Numbered from the stretch's first letter, positions 39,620 to 48,910 are shown. The stretch is DNA of 64,000 bases from Candidatus Pacebacteria bacterium CG_4_9_14_0_2_um_filter_40_15 (GCA_002788675.1 PFRS01000001.1:106204-170203), one strand, 5' to 3'. Notes: a model not told the origin generated them from the sequence alone. Numbers and translations: made by a program.

Positions 39620-40027
39620 ATGAGCCAGAACAATGCTAAAATATCTTCTATGATGAAAATAATAAAAATCACACCTCTCTATTTCTCAGCCATATTCATG
39701 GCATCACTTCTAGTGAGTGGATGTACTACAAATAGTCCTAAAACTAACCCAACCACTCAAGAATACAATCTGCCTGTCGAAACGGAGGTTCAAGAAAATA
39801 TTGAAACTTCAATTGATACCGGTATGGTTGAATCGGATGCAACAGATTCTGGAACTGAGGTATCGCCAGAAAAAGTAGAAAATAGTTTTGAAGCATGTTC
39901 AAAAACCTACTATGACAGGTGTTATATTAATAACCCTAAAACAATAAATCAGCAACGATGTCTTGAGGGTATGAAAATAACAGTAAACATAAATTGCCCT
40001 GACACACCATATGGAACAAAGAAATAG
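39620..40027 (+). CDS. Small secreted lipoprotein (island cargo)
   Basis: A signal peptide with a LLVSGCTT lipobox, in a 135 aa Cys-containing protein. Confidence 0.5.
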   Translation: MSQNNAKISSMMKIIKITPLYFSAIFMASLLVSGCTTNSPKTNPTTQEYNLPVETEVQENIETSIDTGMVESDATDSGTEVSPEKVENSFEACSKTYYDRCYINNPKTINQQRCLEGMKITVNINCPDTPYGTKK

Positions 40028-40052
40028 GTTCAATTTATTCTTCCGCTACAGA
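40022..40052 (+). repeat. Island direct repeat, copy C (degenerate)
   Basis: AAATAGGTTCAATTTATTCTTCCGCTACAG. The stop codon TAG lies inside it. Confidence 0.45.
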
Positions 40053-40462
40053 AAACACCAGGGTTTCAAGCCTTGGGATGAATGGCAGTTGAGGCGAAAG
40101 CCGAAACTGCTATCTAGTATACTTGATGCATGACTAGAAAATATTGGACGGGAGCTCATACAACACATCGGTTGAGATTTCATATCGTACTTTTACCAAA
40201 ATATCGCAAATTTTAGGGACATATCAAAAGAAAAATTATTACATTTATTTGTGAAAAAAACGTATAGAAAATAGTGTGGGAAGATTTGGGACTGGTTGAC
40301 TACTCTACTGCCCCTCACTACAAATCAGATCACCCAGAATCAACATTTATTGATACATCTGTCGCCTATTTTGTAAAAAATAATATGCCGTTTAAGACTT
40401 TGCGAGATGGGGATGTTTTGATTTTGCAAGACTCTCAGTTAAAAAAGTAAGCATGCCTTTCA

Positions 40463-41065
40463 CTACTGCATAACTCGCTCAAAAAAAGAAATCGCAACAT
40501 CACTACTTTGCCTGGTGACCGCCGCGTACACGAATACACACATAAATATCAAATCAATAAATAAGCCAGCAATTGCATACGAAAACGTCACAAAAACAAT
40601 CCTCTTTACCCAAGGTGCAATCCACTGTCCAACTTTGTCGTACTTTCCTCTTAAAAAATAGACTATGTCGCTGACACCCGAGAGTGGTATTTGAAAAACA
40701 AAAAGTAAGTAGGCCAAGTTCCGAAACACTTTCCACCCCTCAATCAGATCTGGTCTAAAGTTGTAAGAACCAGAGTAAATGCTCGAGAGTCTAAAATGGA
40801 AAAAAATTGTTACCACAATCAGCGCTGGAGCAAAAAAGCCAGTTGCTTTCCCTAGTAAAAACCCAGGAAGTGTAAAAAATCGTTCTAAAGAAGCTTTACC
40901 ACTTTCTACTATAGATCGATTTTTATTAGCAGATTGTACCGTCAGGTACTCTCGATACTCAAGAAACTGTTTTTTTAACGAAAATGCTATCATGAATACT
41001 AGTATACCAGGGTTATAAAAAAATCTACCCGGAACAAAGGCCCGGCAGAGATCTAAATTATGCAC
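40463..41065 (-). CDS. Polytopic membrane protein, unknown function
   Basis: A 200 aa ORF with several hydrophobic helices. It is the only minus-strand gene in the island. Confidence 0.45.
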   Translation of the reverse strand: MHNLDLCRAFVPGRFFYNPGILVFMIAFSLKKQFLEYREYLTVQSANKNRSIVESGKASLERFFTLPGFLLGKATGFFAPALIVVTIFFHFRLSSIYSGSYNFRPDLIEGWKVFRNLAYLLFVFQIPLSGVSDIVYFLRGKYDKVGQWIAPWVKRIVFVTFSYAIAGLFIDLIFMCVFVYAAVTRQSSDVAISFFERVMQ

Positions 41066-41146
41066 ACCTTTCTGAAAAAACCTTACAAAAAAAAGATTAT
41101 TCTTGACTAGAATGATATACTATAGGTACTAAAAACAAATAGTTAT

Positions 41147-42022
41147 ATGAACACACAAGCAATTATCCGCGAAAATACACAAAGAACATACCTATACATG
41201 TTTCTTTTGATACTAATCCTTGGCACTATCGGACATGGTCTCTCTAGTTTTTTTGAAGTAGGGCTCACCGGAACAAGCACATTTATTATTACTTCTCTGC
41301 TTATAAACGTAGTTGCCTTCTTTTTTTCTGATAAAATCATTTTACGTACCGTCGGAGCAAAAAAATTAGACAAAACAGTTGCTCCAGACTTTGTAGAACT
41401 TGTTGCCAATCTGGCAAATAATCAGAATCTGCCCCAACCAAAACTCTACTACATGGATACTGATGCTATGAACGCGTTTGCCACTGGTAGAGATCAAAAA
41501 CATTCAGCAGTAGTAATCACCCGAGGATTACTCGAAAAAATGAAGCAAAATGAAGTTGAAGCAGTAGTTGCTCACGAACTTGCACACATCAAGTACCTTG
41601 ATGTTCGACTAATGACCATTGTTACCGTGCTTGCAGGGCTTCTTACTCTGCTATCTGATATGTTCTGGTACAGCAATGTTGCTCAAAAAGCATCTGAGAG
41701 AGATAACTCTGGCTCAGTACAGATGATTGGTATGGCCCTGGCACTTTTTGCTCCATTTACGGCACTCCTTATTCAAAATGCGATCTCTCGAAAAAGAGAA
41801 TATATTGCTGATGCGGCAGCATCAGACATGATTGGATCAAGTCACCCTCTTATCGAAGCACTCGAAAAGATCAGAAGAGATCAGATCCCTTTACCAGGAT
41901 CGCAGGCTGCAACAGCTCACTTGTTTTTCTCACAACCATCAAAAGATGGCTTTATTGAAAAGCTCTTCTCTACCCATCCTCCTCTAGAAGAACGTATTGA
42001 ACAGTTAAAGAAACTAGCTTGA
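41147..42022 (+). CDS. htpX: HtpX-like M48 zinc metalloprotease
   Basis: Transmembrane helices followed by the HExxH motif in VAHELAHIKYLD and a downstream glutamate (EYIADAAA). Confidence 0.75.
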   Translation: MNTQAIIRENTQRTYLYMFLLILILGTIGHGLSSFFEVGLTGTSTFIITSLLINVVAFFFSDKIILRTVGAKKLDKTVAPDFVELVANLANNQNLPQPKLYYMDTDAMNAFATGRDQKHSAVVITRGLLEKMKQNEVEAVVAHELAHIKYLDVRLMTIVTVLAGLLTLLSDMFWYSNVAQKASERDNSGSVQMIGMALALFAPFTALLIQNAISRKREYIADAAASDMIGSSHPLIEALEKIRRDQIPLPGSQAATAHLFFSQPSKDGFIEKLFSTHPPLEERIEQLKKLA

Positions 42023-42687
42023 AAGGGCATATGCCTAAAAAAGAAGCAGCAGTAAAAACTATACAAATGGGTAGCAAGGTTGAAGAAAAAGTCCCTTGCT
42101 CAGAATGCAAAAAAGAAGTTGGAGCCCAGGAGCGACATGTCTTCAAAGGAAAAAGTAATACTGATATCTATTATTGTGACAGTTGTGTAGAAAAAATTAA
42201 TGAAGCATTGGCAAATGAAACAAAAAATCCAAACATTATTAAAGCAGTGCTTGTCGGTGCAATGGCTGGATTCATCGGAACGATAGGATGGTATCTCTTT
42301 GTAATACTTACCCAATATCAAATTGGCTATATTGGCATCGCCCTTGGCTGGCTTATTGGTACAGCGTATGTCAAAGGTGCTGGCGAAAAACGTGGACACC
42401 AACTCCAGCTACTAGCTGCAATAACAACACTCATTTCCCTACTTGGAGCTGATTTATTCATTTTTACACATTTTAGTGCAGAATACTTTAATTCTGAATT
42501 TGGTATACAAGTTTCTAGCTTAGATATTATTCTGAGTTTCTTAGTTGATAATACTGAAGGTATGCGTTCACTATTTTTACAAGACTTTTTGTCTTCTGTA
42601 GCATCACCGATTGGATTACTTATCTGGGGAATTTCTATCTTCACTGCGTACAGCATTCCAAAGCCACGCGTGCTATCAACAAAATAG
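42019..42687 (+). CDS. Zinc-ribbon membrane protein, translationally coupled to htpX
   Basis: An N-terminal CSECKK...CDSC zinc ribbon and four or five transmembrane helices. The ATGA overlap with the htpX stop indicates translational coupling. Confidence 0.5.
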   Translation: MKGHMPKKEAAVKTIQMGSKVEEKVPCSECKKEVGAQERHVFKGKSNTDIYYCDSCVEKINEALANETKNPNIIKAVLVGAMAGFIGTIGWYLFVILTQYQIGYIGIALGWLIGTAYVKGAGEKRGHQLQLLAAITTLISLLGADLFIFTHFSAEYFNSEFGIQVSSLDIILSFLVDNTEGMRSLFLQDFLSSVASPIGLLIWGISIFTAYSIPKPRVLSTK

Positions 42688-42716
42688 GTTCGAACATCCT
42701 TCACTAATCACTGCAA
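42682..42716 (+). repeat. Island direct repeat, copy D
   Basis: AAAATAGGTTCGAACATCCTTCACTAATCACTGCAA. The stop TAG lies inside it. Confidence 0.65.
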
Positions 42717-42744
42717 AATCCTATAGTATAATTACTATATTTAC

Positions 42745-43386
42745 TTGATTTCTAGTACTACAGTAATAAGTATGAAAAAGAAAAACAAAATATCCTTATT
42801 AGTTCTACTAATTATTTCTTTGGTATCGATATCAACATATTTATTTTTTAATAGAGATAATACTAAGATAATAAACACAACAGTATCAAATTCAATTTAT
42901 AAAGAACATGATACTAGTTTTTCAATTCAATACCCAAAAATATGGACATATGTTTCATATTATTATGATACTCACATTAACTCAGGAAAAACTAAACGCA
43001 TTGCATTTAGACCCATAGATCTTGAATTAATTGATGAAGAGTATGGAACTATTTTGGTTAGTGAATTTACTAATGTAGAATAAAAAGATCTTTCAACATT
43101 TATAAGTAACTATTTTTGTTATGAACCAGGGAACTGTTTAGATATTGATAATTTCATTCCTCGATCAGTATCTAATTTACCTGCAGTATCAATTGAGAAT
43201 TTTGAAGGTCCACTTCCATCAGGAGACGTCGTGTTTATGGATGGAAATTCATTTTATATATTCTCAATAATATATGAAGGCAGTTATGACAAAGAAACTG
43301 GTGAATATGTGGGTAAATCAGAAGATGACATTGCTAATAAATTAGTATTCGAGGAAATGTTGTCTTCATTCATTAGAACAAAATAG
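42745..43386 (+). pseudogene. Secreted/membrane-anchored hypothetical gene interrupted by an in-frame TAA at 43081-43083
   Basis: The reading frame continues without a plausible restart for another 100 codons, ending at a TAG that is embedded in repeat copy E. The first part has an N-terminal transmembrane segment. Confidence 0.45.
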
Positions 43387-43414
43387 GTTCTAACTTCGTT
43401 CACTAGTCCCTGCA
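43381..43414 (+). repeat. Island direct repeat, copy E
   Basis: AAATAGGTTCTAACTTCGTTCACTAGTCCCTGCA. Confidence 0.7.
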
Positions 43415-43473
43415 TTTCCGTGATATATTTACTTAGAAATAAAATAAGTTGTTAATTATTACAGGAAGAAACT

Positions 43474-43791
43474 ATGAAACCCGAGGGAAATCCAATTAGT
43501 TCAGAGCAAGAGTATGTAAGTCAGAATTATCCAACTCTTAATTCTGCTGAATATGTTGTTGGATTTGAAGATGTACTTCCGATTTATTCAGCTCAAAAAT
43601 TTGGCGAAAAAATTGAAGTTAGTGGGCAAGGTATGAGTGGAGGTACATTCTATTTAAGTGATCACATGTTACCAGATCAATCCATTCCTGACGATTTTGT
43701 GGAAAATTTTCGTCAATATAAAGTAATTCAGCGTGTAGTAAAAGTGCAAGGAATTATGCGCTTTCATAAATATCGAATTGAAAAGGAATAG
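43474..43791 (+). CDS. Hypothetical protein (island cargo)
   Basis: A 105 aa ORF preceded by a GGAAG-type ribosome binding site. Confidence 0.45.
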   Translation: MKPEGNPISSEQEYVSQNYPTLNSAEYVVGFEDVLPIYSAQKFGEKIEVSGQGMSGGTFYLSDHMLPDQSIPDDFVENFRQYKVIQRVVKVQGIMRFHKYRIEKE

Positions 43792-43820
43792 GTTCAAATA
43801 TCTTTAAATTGTCCTATAAC
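43786..43820 (+). repeat. Island direct repeat, copy F (degenerate)
   Basis: GGAATAGGTTCAAATATCTTTAAATTGTCC, with the stop TAG inside. Confidence 0.4.
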
Positions 43821-43926
43821 TATTGATTTTTTACAAATTTCTCTATATAATACAATTGCCTTACTAATTAATAGCTCAATGAAGCATTGAATATATTAAT
43901 TAAATGTATAAGGCTGAGGCAGAGAA

Positions 43927-44007
43927 ATGAAAAAGCAAAGTCCAATCTTTTGGTGTTTTGTATTCATATTTTTCTTGAGTCTATGTATGCTTTTTTTGCC
44001 TGCATAG
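43927..44007 (+). CDS. Small hydrophobic peptide (26 aa)
   Basis: MKKQSPIFWCFVFIFFLSLCMLFLPA, followed by a hairpin at 44017-44044. Confidence 0.3.
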   Translation: MKKQSPIFWCFVFIFFLSLCMLFLPA

Positions 44008-44053
44008 ACTTATTTAGGGGCTAGAGATAGTACAATCTAGCCCCAATATTTTC

Positions 44054-44089
44054 AAAATAAGTTTTAACACGCTTCATTAGTCACTGCAA
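44054..44089 (+). repeat. Island direct repeat, copy G (degenerate)
   Basis: AAAATAAGTTTTAACACGCTTCATTAGTCACTGCAA. Confidence 0.5.
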
Positions 44090-44133
44090 TTACAACAAAA
44101 TGGTATACTCACTCTTAATTAAAGTGGGAAAGT

Positions 44134-44484
44134 ATGATTAAAAAGATTTTACAATTACTATTCTTTGTTCTCTCCCCATTTGCATCGCTCTTGTTTTTAA
44201 CTCCAATCACAATGATTCCTGCTGTTATGGTAGGTAAAATAGTAACTGCCAATGAGTGCGGGAATGCTGTGGGTGAAAGCCTCTGTGGTTTAGGAACAAT
44301 CGCACTGATAGTGTTTGGACTTAATGCCATTGTTGGCGTTATTGTTGTAATTTTATTACATTTAGAAATGAATAAGACATTCAGTTATAATAAGAAAGTT
44401 GCTAGCTCTTTAGTACTATTTACTTACTTTCTTATTGTCGCTGCAGCTTTTCTGTATTTTGTAGCAATTGATATATATACCTAA
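44134..44484 (+). CDS. Small polytopic membrane protein
   Basis: A 116 aa ORF with three hydrophobic helices. Confidence 0.45.
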   Translation: MIKKILQLLFFVLSPFASLLFLTPITMIPAVMVGKIVTANECGNAVGESLCGLGTIALIVFGLNAIVGVIVVILLHLEMNKTFSYNKKVASSLVLFTYFLIVAAAFLYFVAIDIYT

Positions 44485-44758
44485 GAAAACAAAATATAAA
44501 AGTTTGTTTGTGAAAAAGAGTATCTGAATCAAATCATGTTTTTAACGATGCAGTCTATTTAACTAGACTGATTCAGCTTAAGAACGTGTTAGAAGTTATC
44601 GACACAGCAAGAAATGGCATGCAGAATAACCCTTCACTTGAAACTGCTTGTCAAACGATATTGGGTATTGAGGGGGCAAGGCATGCTTTATCAGCTTTAT
44701 ATCCTTTGGGGGTTGGTCCCCTGAGTGATTATTTTGATATTCGTTGAAAACGTACTGT

Positions 44759-44795
44759 AAAAAGACTTTGGATTAATCCAGAGTCTTTTTTTTCT
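44759..44795. terminator. Bidirectional intrinsic terminator
   Basis: A hairpin agactttggatt/aatccagagtct flanked by aaaaa and tttttttt. Confidence 0.6.
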
Positions 44796-44819
44796 TTACT
44801 ACTCTGTAAAGAATTAACT

Positions 44820-45110
44820 TTAAACTAAAGTCGCAAGAATTCTTTTCAATTCAGTAACTTTTTCACTTGGCCCAGATACATTAAATCTGAACCTACTTGA
44901 ACGCGGAAATTCACGTTTGAAAGTTATTGCTAAACCATGTTCTTGAGCATAATCAGTTAACAATTGAATTGTCTCTGATCGCTTATTTCGAAGACCTTTT
45001 CCTTCTATAACAAAATCTTCTGTTCTTTCTGGTTTTATTAAATCTTCAATCCTAGCAGTTTGTTCCTCTAAAAATTGAGCAGCCTTTGCAGATAAATCAC
45101 CTTCTCTCAT
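44820..45110 (-). CDS. Hypothetical protein
   Basis: A 96 aa ORF. Confidence 0.4.
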   Translation of the reverse strand: MREGDLSAKAAQFLEEQTARIEDLIKPERTEDFVIEGKGLRNKRSETIQLLTDYAQEHGLAITFKREFPRSSRFRFNVSGPSEKVTELKRILATLV

Positions 45111-45398
45111 ACATTTTTCCTATCTAATTTATTTTAATTCTAACTCTATACTACCACGTACTGGAAAGTTTGCGGTAAATATAAATTTAAACGCCATACC
45201 GTTCCTCATGCTACAATCGCAAGTGCTCTAAAACTACTTATCTCGAATTTCTCACTCGTCATTCTTTAGACTTTTTTTAATCCCATAATATTTACTTTTT
45301 GTCTATTCCATGCTATAATTTCTCTGTCTCTATTCTGGCAGAATACAAATCATAGCGTTTTTTTTCTGCTAAATACGTGGAGACAAAGGAGAAACACT

Positions 45399-45494
45399 AT
45401 GTCCCGAGGAGTAGTATTACTTATTCTCTTTCTTATTTTCATTGGGCTAGTAGCCGCAACTTGGCTACTCACAAATATGTGGTGGCCCGCCTAA
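45399..45494 (+). CDS. Small hydrophobic peptide (31 aa) with a strong Shine-Dalgarno sequence
   Basis: AAGGAG lies 6 nt upstream of the ATG. The peptide is MSRGVVLLILFLIFIGLVAATWLLTNMWWPA. Confidence 0.4.
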   Translation: MSRGVVLLILFLIFIGLVAATWLLTNMWWPA

Positions 45495-45619
45495 ACAAAA
45501 AAGTCCTGAGCATGACTTCAAATAAAGGCTCACTTTTCCTTCAATACTGTGTACTAAAATGCTAAGCTTTCTTAGCTACACCTCATACTGCTGCAACTCT
45601 CCATGCTACAATCGTATGT

Positions 45620-46090
45620 ATGCAGAAACTACTTATCTCGGACTTTTCGCAGGTCCTTCTCTTCCCCAAGACAATTTCGTATTCTGGCTCACTCAACAAA
45701 CTCTACAATCAGGTAGTAGCCGAAAAACAGAACTTTGAAGATTTTTATATTCTTAATGAACCATTACTCACAGAGCTACAAAAATTAGAGGTAGAAAAAG
45801 TTATCTTTACTACTGGCACAGTTCAGAATGCCCCAGAAATTAGGAGCAAAGTACAGGCAGTCTTCAAAAAAATATTTACCGTGCCCATGATAGGAATCCA
45901 AAAAACTAACAGTGAGGCCTACACAAGAATTTGTGAAGAACTTAATACTGATCCGGCGAATGCACTCTTTATTGATGATACTCAGGCAAATGTCTCAGCA
46001 GCCCAGCAGGCAGGACTACAAGCAGTTGTCTACGAAAATAACGCTCAAATTCTAAGCGCAATTGAAAGTTGGATCCGCAATGATACATAA
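45620..46090 (+). CDS. HAD-like hydrolase (degenerate motif I)
   Basis: A C-terminal LFIDDTQANVSAAQQAGLQAVV HAD motif. The N-terminal motif I reads SDFS instead of DxDG. Confidence 0.5.
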   Translation: MQKLLISDFSQVLLFPKTISYSGSLNKLYNQVVAEKQNFEDFYILNEPLLTELQKLEVEKVIFTTGTVQNAPEIRSKVQAVFKKIFTVPMIGIQKTNSEAYTRICEELNTDPANALFIDDTQANVSAAQQAGLQAVVYENNAQILSAIESWIRNDT

Positions 46091-46505
46091 ATCTGTGGTT
46101 ACTGGCGTACTGGTCTCTAAAGATGACAAAGTTCTCTTGGTAAAAAAACCAGATGGTGTCGGTCCTTATGCCGGAATGTACCTAACCCCTGGCGGTGGTG
46201 TAAAGACAGGAGAACCAGCTGACAAAGCTGCACTTCGTGAACTCTATGAAGAAACTGGTGTTAACGTAACCGACTTACAGCGCCTAGGTTTTGATGACGC
46301 TGTCACTGCTAACTGGAAAGGCGTTGAGACCCACTACATCATGTTGCTGTATACAGCCAAGTATCTAGCTGGCGATCTGGCACCCACTGAAGGTGATGAT
46401 GATCACCTTGCAGTCATTAAATGGTTTTCTAAAGAAGAGCTACAGAAGTTACCACTCTCGCCTCCTCTTAAAAAACTACTACTTTCACTCGGATATCTGT
46501 CTTAG
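46080..46505 (+). CDS. NUDIX hydrolase
   Basis: Nudix box GGGVKTGEPADKAALRELYEETGV. Confidence 0.75.
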   Translation: MIHKSVVTGVLVSKDDKVLLVKKPDGVGPYAGMYLTPGGGVKTGEPADKAALRELYEETGVNVTDLQRLGFDDAVTANWKGVETHYIMLLYTAKYLAGDLAPTEGDDDHLAVIKWFSKEELQKLPLSPPLKKLLLSLGYLS

Positions 46506-46585
46506 TACTAGGTCCTAAAATTACGGGTGTATCTTTCAAAAAGCCAACTATTCCCAAAAGGGATGTACTATGCCTATAATGTGAT

Positions 46586-47056
46586 ATGATTTTACAACCA
46601 GAAACTCTTTCTCAAGATGTCTTAGCCTTCATGCGCAAAACCTCAATTATGTCAGCTGCCATTAATGGCGCTCCTCCTATTTCTACTGTGCTGCTCTTTA
46701 CAGTCGATGATGACTTCACAATGTATTTTGCTACCTTAGAAGGTAGCTATAAAGTACGTGGACTCCAAAAGGACGGTCAAATGTCGATTGCTATTTGGGA
46801 ACATCATGAGCTCTACTTACAGGGATCTGGCGTTGCGAGTATTGTTGCAGACCCAAACAAAGTAACCAAAATTGTTGATCGCCTCGCCGACTCTGCGGTA
46901 AATATTGCAGACTTTTGGCCACCAGTACTGCAAATAAAAGGTCATGACTATGTAGTCTTTGAGCTCAAACTGTCCTGGCTTCGAGCGCGTGACCTTTCAG
47001 ATACTACAATAGTAGAAAAGACAACAAAATTTATGGAGGTACCTCTAGATGAGTAA
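46586..47056 (+). CDS. Pyridoxamine 5'-phosphate oxidase-like FMN-binding protein
   Basis: A split-barrel family pattern of about 150 aa, with general-stress-protein-26-like motifs. Confidence 0.5.
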   Translation: MILQPETLSQDVLAFMRKTSIMSAAINGAPPISTVLLFTVDDDFTMYFATLEGSYKVRGLQKDGQMSIAIWEHHELYLQGSGVASIVADPNKVTKIVDRLADSAVNIADFWPPVLQIKGHDYVVFELKLSWLRARDLSDTTIVEKTTKFMEVPLDE

Positions 47057-47420
47057 AATTCTAATCGCCGAAGACGATCTTTTCCTAGGAAAAATTGCTG
47101 TCAAGAAACTAGAAAAAGAAAATTTTGAAGTCAACTTCTTAATATCAGGTGAAACTGTCCTTGAGCAAGCAAAGTTATTTAAACCAGATGCTATTGTTCT
47201 CGATCTTATCATGCCAGAAAAAGATGGGTTTGAGGCTCTAGTTGAACTCAAAAGTGAGAGTTTAACAAAGGACATTCCTGTTATTATTCTTACAGCATTA
47301 AGTTCACCCGAAGATCAAGAAAAAGTTAAAAAAATTGGGGCTGAACACTTTTTCATTAAGTCTGATATAGAACTTTCTGATCTTACTGCTTACTTACATA
47401 AGCTAGTTGATACTAAATAG
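47049..47420 (+). CDS. Stand-alone response-regulator receiver domain
   Basis: ILIAEDD, a phospho-acceptor Asp in VLDLIMP and ILTA...K motifs. There is no output domain. Confidence 0.75.
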   Translation: MSKILIAEDDLFLGKIAVKKLEKENFEVNFLISGETVLEQAKLFKPDAIVLDLIMPEKDGFEALVELKSESLTKDIPVIILTALSSPEDQEKVKKIGAEHFFIKSDIELSDLTAYLHKLVDTK

Positions 47421-47466
47421 AGTCTCCGCTATCACTGATTCGAAAAAATGAGTATACTGACAGTAT

Positions 47467-48783
47467 ATGCCAGAACTTTTTGACCAATTCCTCATAAAAT
47501 CGCTTAAAGAAGACAAGCAATTTCTTGAAAAAACTGCATTACCCATCATAACGGTGTCCAGTTCATATAAAGAAGACCTCAAAGAAATGCATGGATTTCC
47601 AGGAAGAGATGATACGCCAGATATTGTATTCTCACGAGCTCACTACTCGATGGCTCTAGCTATTGGCATGCAAGCATGGGGTACAAAAATTGATCATGCA
47701 AAAGCTTGGATCCTCGATCCCACAAACTACGTTTCAAAAAAAGATTGGAAATCGATTGTCTTTACCGAAGAAGTTGGTAAAGTTATCGCTCGCCATGGCA
47801 TTCTAAGAACCATTAAATCTATCATCGACAAATTTGGTAGAAGCAAGTTACCCATTCTTGATAGCATCACCCCACCTCTCTTGTACGTCACTAAAGACAT
47901 ATCCCAACCGATTCTGTCTTTTCACATTGCTGCAGGAAATATTCTCGGCCCCCAAGGTAAGACTGTGGTGCAAGTCGTGACCGACCCACATGTTCGAGAT
48001 GAATACGTCACCAACGCTTTTAGAAAAAATATGTATTTCTGTGTTTTTGATGAAATAACTAAAACTGAGTTCCTCGAAAAAGCCGCAATTATGAATATAA
48101 AAGCTGATCCACAACGCATTTTTGTGACTGGAGCACCAATCGATCCACGCACACTTAAGGCTGGTGCCAAAAAAGTGCCACACCGCAGCGGCGTACTGAA
48201 ACTCTGCATCACGACCGGTGGGTTGGGAACAAACAAAAATGAACTGCTCGAGATACTAACACAACTGCTTCCTGAGCTTCGTCGAAAAACACAAAAGTAT
48301 GCTTTGGTCGTATACTGCGCAACACACGACGACATTTTTGAAGCTGTACTCAAGCTTGCAAAAGAGAACCATATATCAGTAGGAATTGAAACTGACACAA
48401 AGGCTCCACTCCGCGTGCTCTATCATCCACAAATTGTTGACGCAAATGAAAAACTTCAGAAATATGGCTTTCCATGGGCTGATGGATTTATAACTAAACC
48501 TTCCGGAGATATGGCCTATGATGCCACTGCAGCTGGTAGCTTTGTGCTTACTTTGGCTGAATGGGGTCCATGGGAGGAACGCATTCGAGAAATTTTTGAA
48601 CAAAAACAAATTAGCAGGCAGCTCGTGCTTGAATCAGTAGTTCCACAGTTGGAAAGTCTTATGGACAGCAGAAACCAACCACACTCATGGATCGAACAAG
48701 CAATGCGGAATGCTCAGTCACTCCCAACGTCACTTACTCACGGGGCTCAACACATCATTGATGTGATGAAAAAGGTAAAATAA
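47467..48783 (+). CDS. Putative GT28-family (MGDG synthase/MurG-like) glycosyltransferase
   Basis: A two-domain Rossmann-like organisation with VTGAPIDP and ITTGGLG motifs, at low confidence. Confidence 0.4.
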   Translation: MPELFDQFLIKSLKEDKQFLEKTALPIITVSSSYKEDLKEMHGFPGRDDTPDIVFSRAHYSMALAIGMQAWGTKIDHAKAWILDPTNYVSKKDWKSIVFTEEVGKVIARHGILRTIKSIIDKFGRSKLPILDSITPPLLYVTKDISQPILSFHIAAGNILGPQGKTVVQVVTDPHVRDEYVTNAFRKNMYFCVFDEITKTEFLEKAAIMNIKADPQRIFVTGAPIDPRTLKAGAKKVPHRSGVLKLCITTGGLGTNKNELLEILTQLLPELRRKTQKYALVVYCATHDDIFEAVLKLAKENHISVGIETDTKAPLRVLYHPQIVDANEKLQKYGFPWADGFITKPSGDMAYDATAAGSFVLTLAEWGPWEERIREIFEQKQISRQLVLESVVPQLESLMDSRNQPHSWIEQAMRNAQSLPTSLTHGAQHIIDVMKKVK

Positions 48784-48910
48784 CACCTTACAGTGAGTTT
48801 TCTTGAGAAAAACAAACAGTTCTTACTTGAATCGTTTGAATCCATGGTACTGATGCTATTAAAAATGGCCGCACGAAGTGCGGCCATTCCAAAATACATT
48901 CCAAAAAAAA

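Noticed and set aside
43081-43083. Programmed stop-codon recoding or an alternative genetic code
   Set aside because: TGA, TAA and TAG all function as stops elsewhere in the window, with coupled genes ending at them. tRNA-Trp has the standard CCA anticodon. A single in-frame TAA is more simply explained as a pseudogene or an error.
38772-44089. Classical integron attC sites, CRISPR repeats, or REP elements as an explanation for the 33 bp repeats
   Set aside because: They are too short and non-palindromic for attC, which is 57 bp or more with R''/L''/L'/R' symmetry. They are not regularly spaced with unique spacers as CRISPR repeats are, since the spacers here are whole genes. They lack the palindromic stem of REPs. 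The tRNA-3'-end similarity is a better fit.
45377-45565. 62 aa ORF from the track
   Set aside because: A different frame holds a 31 aa hydrophobic peptide with a perfect AAGGAG-N6-ATG ribosome binding site. The 62 aa frame lacks a ribosome binding site and has odd composition.
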